Below are positions 1 through 9,066 of a stretch of DNA of 58,702 nt, one piece after another. The stretch comes from a bacterium. Lineage in GTDB: Archaea; Nanobdellota; Nanobdellia; SCGC-AAA011-G17; GW2011-AR17. The stretch covers positions 1 to 58,702 of the forward strand of contig JAUYPF010000048.1 in assembly GCA_030697685.1 (NCBI GenBank), given 5' to 3'. The translations under genes were made by a program, and so were the position numbers. The notes below the pieces were generated by a model. It had not been told where the DNA came from, did not search any database, and was given only the letters and a program-made list of their open reading frames with translations. Within the stretch, counting starts at the first letter, position 1, and every line of letters begins with the position of its first letter.

Positions 1-1299
1 CAAGGAATTGGAATTTCTGCAGCTGCACTCTATGGACAATTGACAACTGGGAAACCTATTAAAATTATTTCGAAAATAGGACCACAAATGAAAGCACATT
101 ACTATGAACTTCACCTTAATACGAAAACAAATGAGCCTGAAATTATGAAGGATGAAGAAAGAGAATGGGAAGGAAAAGATCACGGAACAAAAGTCCAAAT
201 TGAACTCGAAGGAAAGTATCAGCAAGGAAAATTGAGTGCTGATGAGTTTCTGCAACTGACTGCAATCTCTAACCCTGAGGCAACAATTATTTACAAAGCG
301 CCTGGTACAGAGGCTGTAGAATTTGCGCGAGCAAGTAATGAACTCGCTAGGGAAACAAAAGAAATACAGCCACATCCTTATGGAGTGGAATTAGGAACAC
401 TCATGCGTATGCTTAAAGAAACAAAGGCAACAAGTGTACAAGGATTTCTGCAACAAGATTTTTGCCGAGTAAGTGCAAGTGTGGCAAAAGAGATTTGTGA
501 AAAGGCTGGACTTGAAGAGAGAATAAAGCCACATAATATTGCACGAGAAGAAGTTGAAAAAATATTCAATGCTATTAAACAAACAAAAATTATGGCACCA
601 CCCACGGATTGTCTTTCTCCCATTGGTGAAGAACAACTATTAAAAGGTTTAAAAAAAGAAATAAATGCAGAGTTTTATAGTGCGATCACAAGACCACCAC
701 AGGTGTATAGAGGATTTCCATTTCTAGTTGAAGTTGCAATAGCATTTGGAGGGGATTTACCTAAGGATGAATTAGCTAGAGTCATACGATATGCAAATAG
801 AGTTCCTTTACAGCATCAGCCAGGAGCTTGTGCACTGACAAGATCTATTATCCAGACTGCATGGAAAAATTATGGAATCTCACAATCAAGAGGGACATTA
901 CCTGCTGCACCAATTGTCATCATGGTACATATTGCTTCTGTGTGGGTGCCATTTACTTCTGAAAGTAAAGAGGCTGTTGCATCTTATCCAGAAATTATCA
1001 AAGAAGTGCGATTAGCCATACAAGATGCAGGAAGAAAATTAGCATTGTATATCCGAAAAAATATCAGGGCGAAGGAGCAGCAAGAGCGAATAGGATTATT
1101 TGAAAAATACATCCCAGAATTAGCTGCATCACTTGCGATACTCACCGGGGAAAATAAAAAAGATATTGAAGAAGAATTACTGAAGATCTTGAAGAAAGAA
1201 TTAAAAGGATTAATGGTTGAAGTAAAAGAAGCAGAGAATACAAAGATTGAAGGTGATGTTGCTTATGGAGAAAAGCAAAAGGAAATAGACAATGAGTAA
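1..1299 (+). CDS. top6B: DNA topoisomerase VI subunit B, 5'-truncated by the window edge
   Basis: The frame of ORF 40..1299 stays open back to nt 1 (QGIGISAAALYGQLTTGKP). It has a transducer-domain-like segment (IASVWVPFTSESKEAV) and overlaps the subunit A gene by 8 nt. Confidence 0.9.
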   Translation, partial: QGIGISAAALYGQLTTGKPIKIISKIGPQMKAHYYELHLNTKTNEPEIMKDEEREWEGKDHGTKVQIELEGKYQQGKLSADEFLQLTAISNPEATIIYKAPGTEAVEFARASNELARETKEIQPHPYGVELGTLMRMLKETKATSVQGFLQQDFCRVSASVAKEICEKAGLEERIKPHNIAREEVEKIFNAIKQTKIMAPPTDCLSPIGEEQLLKGLKKEINAEFYSAITRPPQVYRGFPFLVEVAIAFGGDLPKDELARVIRYANRVPLQHQPGACALTRSIIQTAWKNYGISQSRGTLPAAPIVIMVHIASVWVPFTSESKEAVASYPEIIKEVRLAIQDAGRKLALYIRKNIRAKEQQERIGLFEKYIPELAASLAILTGENKKDIEEELLKILKKELKGLMVEVKEAENTKIEGDVAYGEKQKEIDNE

Positions 1300-2377
1300 G
1301 GAAGATTCAAAAAAAGCATTGAAAGAACTTGGAGCAAAAATTGTACACCAAGTCAAGAAAGGAAATAATCCAGAGATTGTATTCCCTCTGAGAAATTTAA
1401 GTAATATTATTTATGATAAAAAATCTAAAACATTGAAACTAGGGACTAAAACAGGTACACGAAGTTTTTTCAATGTTGCACATTCGAAGAAATTTTTACA
1501 GACTGTTGAGGTTGCTTCAGTTATTAAAGATAAACTGCTGGATAGTGGAAAACACTCTAGCCTGCGAGATGTCTTTTATATGGTTAAGAGAACTATTCCT
1601 GGTACTAAAGTGAATTTGGTTGACGAACAGGTCGAGAGTGATAAAGCAATTGAAGACCTTGAAGTTATGACAGGACTTTCTCGAGAGGATATGCATGTTG
1701 AAGCAAACAAAAATGGAAGTGTTGCTGGCAAAGTAGTCATCGAAGATAGAGGTGATACTATTGATTGGAGTAAGATGGGAAGTGGAGGATGGTCTATTCC
1801 ATCTAATGTTGAAGAACTAAAATTTAAAAAAGTTGAAGCAAAATATGTTCTCTATATGGAGAAAGCTGCAACATGGAATCGTTTGAATGAAGATAGGTAC
1901 TGGCAAAAACATGATGCTATCATCCTTGCATCTCAAGGTCAGACCACAAGAGGTATTCGAAGACTCCTTCAAAGGCTTTATGAAGAGTATAATCTTCCCA
2001 TTTATGTGTTAGCGGATAGTGACGTTTACGGCGCATATATCTACTCTGTTATTAAGTATGGTTCTATAGCACTTTCCCATGCCTCTGATAGATTAACTAT
2101 TCCTAGTGTGAAATATGTAGGTGTAACAATGGATGATGTTGAGAAATATGATCTTAAAAAACATCTTATTAAACTTGATGAAAAAGATTATGCACGAATA
2201 AAACAAGTTTCAGAATATGAATGGTTTAAGGATAATAAAGATTGGCAAAGACAGTTTAAAATGATGAAAGAACTTAAAGGCAAGGTCGAAATTCAGGCTC
2301 TTAGTTCCAAAGATTTAAGTTTTATCAGTGAAGTTTACTTGCCAAATAAGATAAAGAATAAAGAATTTTTAGACTAA
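1292..2377 (+). CDS. top6A: DNA topoisomerase VI subunit A (Spo11 family)
   Basis: Toprim acidic motif YVLADSDVYGAYIYS. Typical length (361 aa). Translationally coupled to top6B. Confidence 0.9.
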   Translation: MSKEDSKKALKELGAKIVHQVKKGNNPEIVFPLRNLSNIIYDKKSKTLKLGTKTGTRSFFNVAHSKKFLQTVEVASVIKDKLLDSGKHSSLRDVFYMVKRTIPGTKVNLVDEQVESDKAIEDLEVMTGLSREDMHVEANKNGSVAGKVVIEDRGDTIDWSKMGSGGWSIPSNVEELKFKKVEAKYVLYMEKAATWNRLNEDRYWQKHDAIILASQGQTTRGIRRLLQRLYEEYNLPIYVLADSDVYGAYIYSVIKYGSIALSHASDRLTIPSVKYVGVTMDDVEKYDLKKHLIKLDEKDYARIKQVSEYEWFKDNKDWQRQFKMMKELKGKVEIQALSSKDLSFISEVYLPNKIKNKEFLD

Positions 2378-2379
2378 TT

Positions 2380-4365
2380 TTATTTTTCCACAAGAATATC
2401 TGAAATCTTAGAATCATACACAATTTGTGTTTTTTCCAATTCTCCTGCTTTCCTTATATCTTTATAAATTGTGCTTGGGGAAAGATTATATTCTTCTCCT
2501 AGAGTTTTATAGAAGTCTTTCTTTGATTGATTAAAGTCTTTTTCTAAAAACTTTCCATAGATCTCTTGCATTCTATCTTTTCTTTGTTTTTGCAAGAGCC
2601 CAGTACGTGTTTCTTGTGCAGCTTCGCGAATATCTCTTGCAGTAATTTTTGCATCGAGGCCTTCATTGGCAAGATCAAGAATATCTTCTACAGTCATATA
2701 ACTATCTCTTTGTCTTCTATCAGCTGCTTCTTTATATAAATCTCTTGCTAATACAAGACGATCTTCTTGAGAAAAATTCTTATTTATGGGGTCATAAGAA
2801 AAGCCTTCTGCTTGTATTGTATTATACTGACGAGCAATATTTTTTGCCACTTCACTCATTAGCTCTGGATTTTCTACGACTGGAATATCTCTTTCTATAG
2901 CTCGTAAATCAAAATAATCTTGTAATAAACTTCCAAGGTTAGGAAGCTTTTCTGGAGCATAATTCTCTTCTATTATCTTTTCTAAAGTATCTTGAATTAT
3001 ATCTTCTTTTGCTGGATCAACAAGTAAAAATGTATCCAAATATACAATATTCTTATTTGGATTTTTAATACCATCTTTTGTCAGATCTTTTTTGTATATA
3101 TTTGCACTATTCAAGGGTTCATTTATTATTTCTTCTGTAATATTTAAAATTGGCTCAAGAGAGCCTGCTTTTAAAGTTTGTATATGTTTTGTATTTGCTA
3201 TTTGTACTCTTTGTTTTTGTGATTCTGCATCCCATTGAGAAAGAGCATAGATACTTTCTTGGTTCCAGCCTTCTTCCACTAAAATTGTTAAATATTGTGA
3301 AAGACCTACACCTGGAAGCACAAAATGGATTGTAAGTTTATCGTCTAAAAGAGTTTCACTCTCTCTTTCATCATAAATAAATATCTTTTCTGTTGGAGAA
3401 GAAGTTCTTTCTTTTGCTATTGGTTCTTTTTCTACAAGAATTATTTTTGGTACTTCTTTTTGATAAGAAAACTCTAAAGGAACATTTGCATAAATAATAT
3501 TTTTTGTTGAATCTTTTAATCCTTCTAAAGTTAATGCTTCTTTGTAAACATCTTTTTTATTTGCTTCTGCGATTTGTGTTGTAATTGCAAGAATTTCTCG
3601 TAAATCTGCCTTCGATGCTTCTGCTAATCCTGCTCTTTGTTTTTTCAAGAGTTGTTTTTGTTCATCCCAGGAAAGTGCAGCTATGCCATTGATATCTTTT
3701 TCTGCAAGAAGAGCAGCATAAGTTGTTAGCCCATAGCCTGGAATAGGATTTATGGTTATTGTTCCTTCATCATACTTGAAAATTTTCTTTTCCTCTTTTT
3801 CTGTTATTACTGGGATATTTATTTTTTCTTCTTCTTTTTCTCTATTTATTTCCAAGGGCAATGGTAAAGGAGATATTGTTTGCTCTAGGCTTATTCCTGG
3901 TTCTGGAATAGGTTGTTTGAAATGATCATAGAATAATCCGTATACTAAAGCTCCTAAACCAATGGCCCCTAGAGTTAATCCTAATGGAAATAATGGATTT
4001 TTACGGAGCTCTTCGTATGTTGTTACATCATCCCGTACACCCATTGAATAATCTTTATAGCCATTTCCTGTTTCATCTTCTTTTACAATTACTGGTGTAG
4101 CTGGAGGATAGATTATTGGCTTTTCCCCTGCATTAGAATTAACTACTGATGGTTGTACTCCTCGCCTTATTGGTACTACAATTATTTTTTTTTGTTGAGG
4201 AAGTGTTCCTGCAACTGTACATAATTGCAATGCTTCTTTTACAATTTCATCAATTATATTTTGTTTAGAATCCGGATAACGTGAAAGGATTTTTCTTACT
4301 TCAGAAGTAGATTTTCCTTGTTCCAATAAAGCTCTTGCTTCTGTTAACATGTCTATATCTGCCAT
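2380..4365 (-). CDS. hypothetical membrane protein with an internal tandem domain duplication
   Basis: 661-aa ORF with one predicted TM helix (PLFPLGLTLGAIGLGALVYGLFY). Two related modules of about 105-125 aa both start KIF(K/I)YDE. Helix-turn-helix-like ends. Confidence 0.6.
   Translation of the reverse strand: MADIDMLTEARALLEQGKSTSEVRKILSRYPDSKQNIIDEIVKEALQLCTVAGTLPQQKKIIVVPIRRGVQPSVVNSNAGEKPIIYPPATPVIVKEDETGNGYKDYSMGVRDDVTTYEELRKNPLFPLGLTLGAIGLGALVYGLFYDHFKQPIPEPGISLEQTISPLPLPLEINREKEEEKINIPVITEKEEKKIFKYDEGTITINPIPGYGLTTYAALLAEKDINGIAALSWDEQKQLLKKQRAGLAEASKADLREILAITTQIAEANKKDVYKEALTLEGLKDSTKNIIYANVPLEFSYQKEVPKIILVEKEPIAKERTSSPTEKIFIYDERESETLLDDKLTIHFVLPGVGLSQYLTILVEEGWNQESIYALSQWDAESQKQRVQIANTKHIQTLKAGSLEPILNITEEIINEPLNSANIYKKDLTKDGIKNPNKNIVYLDTFLLVDPAKEDIIQDTLEKIIEENYAPEKLPNLGSLLQDYFDLRAIERDIPVVENPELMSEVAKNIARQYNTIQAEGFSYDPINKNFSQEDRLVLARDLYKEAADRRQRDSYMTVEDILDLANEGLDAKITARDIREAAQETRTGLLQKQRKDRMQEIYGKFLEKDFNQSKKDFYKTLGEEYNLSPSTIYKDIRKAGELEKTQIVYDSKISDILVEK
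3016..3786 (-). repeat. intragenic duplicated module (aa ~194-300 and ~326-450 of the 661-aa protein)
   Basis: KIFKYDEGTITINPIPGYGLTTYAALL...SWDEQKQ... aligns with KIFIYDERE..LTIHFVLPGVGLSQYLTIL...SQWDAESQKQ... Confidence 0.6.
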
Positions 4366-4461
4366 TTTTGTATTCGTAAATTTATGTTAGGGTATATAAA
4401 TTTTAGGTTTCTTTATTCGTCGCTTTCTAGATATAAAAAGAGAGGAATTTTGGAACAGAAA

Positions 4462-4472
4462 CTTATTTAAAG
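4462..4472 (+). promoter_or_regulatory. TATA-like box upstream of tRNA-Asn
   Basis: cttatttaaag lies about 28 nt upstream of the first tRNA nucleotide (4497). Confidence 0.45.
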
Positions 4473-4496
4473 TGACTAAAACTTTTAACATTTTAG

Positions 4497-4621
4497 GTCC
4501 CAGTAGCTCAATGGCGGAGCACTTATAGTGGTTATATAAACTGTAGCTCAGGCGGCTGTTAATCACAGCAAACCATTGACTAGACACCGCGCGGTTCTAG
4601 GTTCGACCCCTGGCTGGGACG
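4497..4621 (+). tRNA. tRNA-Asn (anticodon GUU) with two introns (about 4522-4550 and 4562-4585)
   Basis: Acceptor GTCCCAG/CTGGGAC, D arm GCTC-AATGGCG-GAGC, T arm CTAGG-TTCGACC-CCTGG, discriminator G. The anticodon arm GGCGG-CTGTTA|A-CCGCG only forms after removing 29 nt and 24 nt. The mature length is 72 nt. Confidence 0.7.
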
Positions 4622-4729
4622 CTTATTCTTCTTTTTTCTCTTTGGACAAAACTCATTGCCTATTAAAGCCTATATCTTTTGAATTTGACTCTCTGGACAG
4701 ATGGACACGTGGCACGGGTGCGCGTAAGA

Positions 4730-4737
4730 TTTATAAA
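4730..4737 (+). promoter_or_regulatory. TATA box for the LAGLIDADG gene (leadered transcript with a Shine-Dalgarno sequence)
   Basis: gcgtaagaTTTATAAAtc lies about 58 nt upstream of the ATG. A strong SD (taggaggtaaacATG) sits in front of the start. Confidence 0.45.
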
Positions 4738-4791
4738 TCAAACTCCCTTATTAAAAATAATTCGTTTTAAAATTTCTTGTAGGAGGTAAAC

Positions 4792-5496
4792 ATGCAACTA
4801 GATCTCTCTAAGTTAAGTTATAGTCACAATGATATTAAAAGAGAAATTAAAATCCCAGAATATCTAGATGAGGATTTAGCATTTCTTATGGGCCTACATT
4901 TAGGTGATGGAAATATCTTTTCTAAATCTCATGATATCAATTATACGGGTAACCTTTATGAAGAATATAATTGGTATATTACTTGGATATTACCCTTACT
5001 AAAAAAGAAATTCAATATTATGTTTAAAATCCACCATGATACAAGACCTAAAAGAGAATCTATTAGAATAAGAACTAGATCTAAAGTCATTTTTACTTTT
5101 TATACTCAGGTTCTCATGCTTCCTCCTGGAAAAAAAGATAGTTGTGGAATTCCTTATATGATTATGCGAGCTCCAAAAAATATTCAAAAAGCATTTCTTC
5201 GTGGTTACATTGACACAGATTTTTGTTTAACATTTACTCGAAGAAAAAAAGGTGGCCTAAATAAATACCCCAAAATAATCTTAAATACAAATAATCAACA
5301 ACTTTGTAAAGATACAGTCTTATTACTTCAAGAAATGGGATATATACCTTATTTTCGTTATAATTTTTATCGGCCACGTTATGACCAACCCCTTTTTTCT
5401 AATGAGATCAATATTAATGGGAAAGAGCAACTTGAAAAATGGATGAGAGAGATTGGCTTCTCTTCTCCTAAGCATTTTACTAAATACTACATATGA
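4792..5496 (+). CDS. LAGLIDADG-family homing endonuclease-like protein (two-motif, free-standing)
   Basis: Two LAGLIDADG-type motifs, LAFLMGLHLGDGN and AFLRGYIDTDF, about 100 aa apart. It has its own promoter and SD. Confidence 0.75.
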   Translation: MQLDLSKLSYSHNDIKREIKIPEYLDEDLAFLMGLHLGDGNIFSKSHDINYTGNLYEEYNWYITWILPLLKKKFNIMFKIHHDTRPKRESIRIRTRSKVIFTFYTQVLMLPPGKKDSCGIPYMIMRAPKNIQKAFLRGYIDTDFCLTFTRRKKGGLNKYPKIILNTNNQQLCKDTVLLLQEMGYIPYFRYNFYRPRYDQPLFSNEININGKEQLEKWMREIGFSSPKHFTKYYI

Positions 5497-5604
5497 AAAA
5501 GGTTTGGTTATTGTCCTCCTTATACCACTTTAGCTCAAAGAGAACAAGTTCTTGCTGGAACTCTTGAAATAGAGAGCATTTCTTCTCAAAAAAAGACCGC
5601 AAAA

Positions 5605-5616
5605 GTTTTATAAAGG
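5605..5616 (+). promoter_or_regulatory. TATA box upstream of tRNA-Ile
   Basis: gttttataaagg lies about 30 nt upstream of 5642. Confidence 0.5.
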
Positions 5617-5641
5617 CTCACAAATTTTAAAATATTAATAC

Positions 5642-5728
5642 GGGCCCGTAGCTCAGCCTGGTGGAGCATCCGACTGATATATACATTCAGAGATCGGAAG
5701 GTCTTGCGTTCAAATCGCAACGGGCCCA
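5642..5728 (+). tRNA. tRNA-Ile (anticodon GAU) with a 13-nt canonical intron (5680-5692)
   Basis: Acceptor GGGCCCG/CGGGCCC, D arm GCTC/GAGC, anticodon stem TCCGA/TCGGA, loop CTGATA|..|A, T arm TTGCG-TTCAAAT-CGCAA, discriminator A. Confidence 0.85.
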
Positions 5729-5749
5729 CTCTTTTTTTCTTAGAAAAAG

Positions 5750-6721
5750 CTACTTATAGATCTCAAATGGTACATGTGTATGATAGTTTAATTCAAATAA
5801 AGGAAGAATATCAACTCTCATGATTAATTCTGGAAACTTATTTCTTAGATTTTTGATATAGTCTTTTAACTCTACATTATCTTTATTATAAATTGTTACG
5901 AAATAATTATACTCCCCAATAACCTTACAGATGTAGGTGTTATTCTTATCAAACTGAAAAAAAGCCTGTAGTTGTTTTTCTGCGTCTGAACTTTGTACAT
6001 TAATTTTGATTAATAAAGAACTAACTTGTAGGCTTAATTTTCCCAGATCAATCATTGTTCTAAAACCTAAAATAACTTTCTTATCTAGCAAACGTTTTAT
6101 CCGTTTCCTTATTGCAACTTCTGTGATTCCAAGTTCTTTTACTAGGTTTGGACTTGTAATAGAAGCATCTTTTCCCAGTCTTAGAATTAACTTTTTATCT
6201 ATATTATCAATAGCTACTTTTTGAGGGAGATCAAAGCCAGTTATTACATTATTGAACTCTGATTTATCCATAAATAAAGGTTTAAATGAATCTCTTAATT
6301 CCTTAATCATCGTTAAAATAGTCATATTCACTTTGTTTTTTCCGAAAGCATCATTAATCTTATCTATTGCATGAGAAAAGTCCGTCAGACTACGTACATT
6401 TACCCCTAGAACAAAATCGTAACTTCCACCACATTTCTCAATGTAATATACTGCTGGGTTCTTCTTTAGAATACTGATTACTTCTTTTTCTCTTTCTTCA
6501 TTGAGATTTATTGCTTGGATAAGAAGGATATAGCCACCATACGTAAAATTTTTAATATTAATTCTTGCCTCATATCCTTTAATTATTCCCGCTTCTTTTA
6601 GTTTTTTAACTCGGTAATCAAAAACCTCTCGTGAAATTTTTATCCTTTTAGCAAGTTGGCTATGAGGCTGTCGTGCTTTTTCTGATAGCTCTGCGAGAAT
6701 TTTTCGGTCTAAGCTGTCCAT
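5750..6721 (-). CDS. Lrp/AsnC-family transcriptional regulator, tandem (two HTH plus ligand-domain units)
   Basis: LDRKILAELSEKARQPHSQLAKRIKISREVFDYRVKKLKEAGIIKGY. A second unit reads IDKKLILRLGKDASITSPNLVKELGITEVAIRKRIKRLLDKKVILGF. Confidence 0.8.
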   Translation of the reverse strand: MDSLDRKILAELSEKARQPHSQLAKRIKISREVFDYRVKKLKEAGIIKGYEARINIKNFTYGGYILLIQAINLNEEREKEVISILKKNPAVYYIEKCGGSYDFVLGVNVRSLTDFSHAIDKINDAFGKNKVNMTILTMIKELRDSFKPLFMDKSEFNNVITGFDLPQKVAIDNIDKKLILRLGKDASITSPNLVKELGITEVAIRKRIKRLLDKKVILGFRTMIDLGKLSLQVSSLLIKINVQSSDAEKQLQAFFQFDKNNTYICKVIGEYNYFVTIYNKDNVELKDYIKNLRNKFPELIMRVDILPLFELNYHTHVPFEIYK

Positions 6722-6830
6722 TTACGAATAGATACTTAATCTGTTTAAATAGTTTTCTTTTGTATATGTTTTCATAATAAGTCTTAAGTATAGAAATCTC
6801 ACTAGCTATTTCATAGGTGATAGGAGAATC

Positions 6831-7424
6831 ATGAAAACCGTACGAGATTTTATTGAGAATATTAGAATGACCGAAGCTTTAGAGCCTATTATTGCTTCTT
6901 GTTATGAGAATGATGAACAATTAGGACAAAAAATAGTTTCTTTTCTTGAAGGAGTTCCTGATTCTAGTCCGTTACATCTTGTTTATTTAAGAACTCTTTA
7001 TGACATTTATAAAGGGGTTCCTGTCAGTGAAAGTGCTTATAAGAAAAGGCCTTTAAGAAGTCTCTATCAAGAGTTTAAACTAACTCTTCCTGATTGGCGG
7101 ACTGGTGCTCAATGGGGAAGGAGACTTATTTATTCTGGTAAAGAAAATATTAGATTTGGAATTATTCTAAAGCAAAAAAGTCCGGATGCTTTACGTGAGG
7201 CTTTTGGATTATTACGTAGGAATTATGGTATTGCTTGTCCTCCGGAAAATCTTAGTACTATCTCTAGATCCATAGATAGAAGCCATGTCACTACCAGAGC
7301 AAAAATTCAATTTTCTTTAGCATATATTGCTGGTGTTCAAGCCTCTGCTCTTTTTGATGTATTAGCTGAAGGACCTGAGGAGATTGATTATAATCTATTG
7401 AAACCTTTCTTTGAGGGTGAATAA
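6831..7424 (+). CDS. hypothetical protein
   Basis: 197-aa ORF with an SD-like ataggag upstream. No motif recognised. Confidence 0.5.
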   Translation: MKTVRDFIENIRMTEALEPIIASCYENDEQLGQKIVSFLEGVPDSSPLHLVYLRTLYDIYKGVPVSESAYKKRPLRSLYQEFKLTLPDWRTGAQWGRRLIYSGKENIRFGIILKQKSPDALREAFGLLRRNYGIACPPENLSTISRSIDRSHVTTRAKIQFSLAYIAGVQASALFDVLAEGPEEIDYNLLKPFFEGE

Positions 7425-7506
7425 CATTTGAAAATGGTTGTTTAACAGATCGTAGAATTTCTGAAGAATAAGTAGACACGCAAAAACTTAAAAAGCGCTT
7501 TCTTTT

Positions 7507-9066
7507 CTATGAAAAATACTCCAGATATAATTTTCTTACTGCAAAATCAAGCATATCTTCAGTTAGAGCAATTGTGATATTACTAATACCATTTCTTGGG
7601 CCATGCAAAAGCAAACCATTTCTTGTCACAGAGATTGAATCTGGACGCACTCTTTCTTTAAGATAGTTACACATCTCAACAATTTCAGGTTTGAACACAT
7701 GAAGATTTGTTCCTATAGAAAGAGAATCAATGGTTGTTGACATCCCTCTTACAGGAACTTCTGCTTCAGAAAAAATTGCACATATTTGCATTGCAAATCC
7801 TGTTTCATTATTCATACCAAACTTTTCAATATGGTAAATTGTTGTGCCTGTTGCAACACCACCAAGAATAGGCCCGTAACTTGCAATCACCGAATTATCT
7901 AAATTATTTAGGATTCTCTCTCTTTGTGCGAGAGCATCCACTATTCCTTCTCCTACAATAGAAATAAGAGCTATGTTTGTTCTTGAGGATTCTAATTTAA
8001 AATTATTAGATAGAGCTTCTTCAAGCATTTCTTCTTTCTCTCTTATATTTTTATTATCTACAATAATTGAAACAAGACCATTCTCTGTTCCAATCATATC
8101 TACAGAAACTCCTCTTCGAGAAAAAGTATCTAGAAGATCTATAAAATAATTCTCTCTCTCTTCTCTGATTAAACTAAACTGTGTAAAACCTTTCTTTGAA
8201 GCAATTCCTACAATTGGTTTTTGCGTGACATCACGTTCTAAAACAATTCTTGTTCCTTCTGAATTTGGGAATGCTAAAGAACACACTCGCATAGGAATTC
8301 CAGCTATTCTGCATTGTGCCATTGATTCTTCTTGAAGCACTCTATTTCCAGCATAAGCAAGTTCTCGGACTTCTCTATAAGTCATTTCCACAAGAGGTTT
8401 TTGATCTCCTACAATAGCAGGATCTACTAAAAAAATTCCTTCGACTTCTTTGAGATTGATATTTTGTTTTGCTTCGAGTGCTGCTGCAACATAATCTGCA
8501 GTTACATCAGATCCACCATTTGGAAGAATAGTTAGCTTCCCTGAAGATGTTTGCCCATAAAAACCGCCTATGACACAGGCATCATCTGCCTCCTTAAGAA
8601 AATAACTTGTGAAAACATGTTCTATTTTTGAGGGGTAATTTTCTGTTGTACGAAGAGCATCTCGTGCATCAATCCAATGAGAGGAAATTCCTCTCTGTAT
8701 AAAATATCTGTTTAGCATCCAAGCATTATAATGTTCCCCCAAGTAGAGAAATTCATCAAGCGTTTTTGCTTTTTTTACATCTGCTCTGAATTGTTCTTCA
8801 TTAAATTTTATTTCTAAGGGTTTTGCAATACTCCCATAAATTTCTAGGATTCTTGGAAGTACATCTTCTCTCTTTTCTAATCTCCTCAGAAGCTGTGTGA
8901 TTCTATTGTTGTCTTTATTATTTCCACCAAGGTCTGGTGCTGAAACCACAACAATTGGTTTTATTCCAGAATGTATTTTTTCTCTTACAAGATTTTCTAA
9001 CAGTCTATAATTCTCTGGTGTTGCTGTTGATGTACCGCCACTTTTGTAGATTTCAATTGCTTTCAT
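7507..9066 (-). CDS. aspartate kinase
   Basis: Amino-acid-kinase fold motifs (IYKSGGTS, KPIVVVSAP, GGSDVTADYVAAAL) with a C-terminal ACT-like region. Overlaps the upstream lysA by 14 nt. Confidence 0.75.
   Translation of the reverse strand: MKAIEIYKSGGTSTATPENYRLLENLVREKIHSGIKPIVVVSAPDLGGNNKDNNRITQLLRRLEKREDVLPRILEIYGSIAKPLEIKFNEEQFRADVKKAKTLDEFLYLGEHYNAWMLNRYFIQRGISSHWIDARDALRTTENYPSKIEHVFTSYFLKEADDACVIGGFYGQTSSGKLTILPNGGSDVTADYVAAALEAKQNINLKEVEGIFLVDPAIVGDQKPLVEMTYREVRELAYAGNRVLQEESMAQCRIAGIPMRVCSLAFPNSEGTRIVLERDVTQKPIVGIASKKGFTQFSLIREERENYFIDLLDTFSRRGVSVDMIGTENGLVSIIVDNKNIREKEEMLEEALSNNFKLESSRTNIALISIVGEGIVDALAQRERILNNLDNSVIASYGPILGGVATGTTIYHIEKFGMNNETGFAMQICAIFSEAEVPVRGMSTTIDSLSIGTNLHVFKPEIVEMCNYLKERVRPDSISVTRNGLLLHGPRNGISNITIALTEDMLDFAVRKLYLEYFS

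Noticed and set aside
4387-4770. ORFs 4387..4587 (-) and 4576..4770 (+) from the track.
   Set aside because: Both overlap the tRNA-Asn gene and its flanks. Their translations have no protein-like features.
5494-5598. An in-frame 33-codon continuation after the TGA stop of the LAGLIDADG gene (KRFGYCPPYTTLAQREQVLAGTLEIES...), which could suggest stop-codon readthrough or UGA recoding.
   Set aside because: TGA clearly functions as a stop elsewhere in the window, for example at the ends of the uL3 and uL4 genes with coupled ATGA overlaps. The two LAGLIDADG motifs are complete before the stop. The continuation is most likely coincidental or a decayed remnant.
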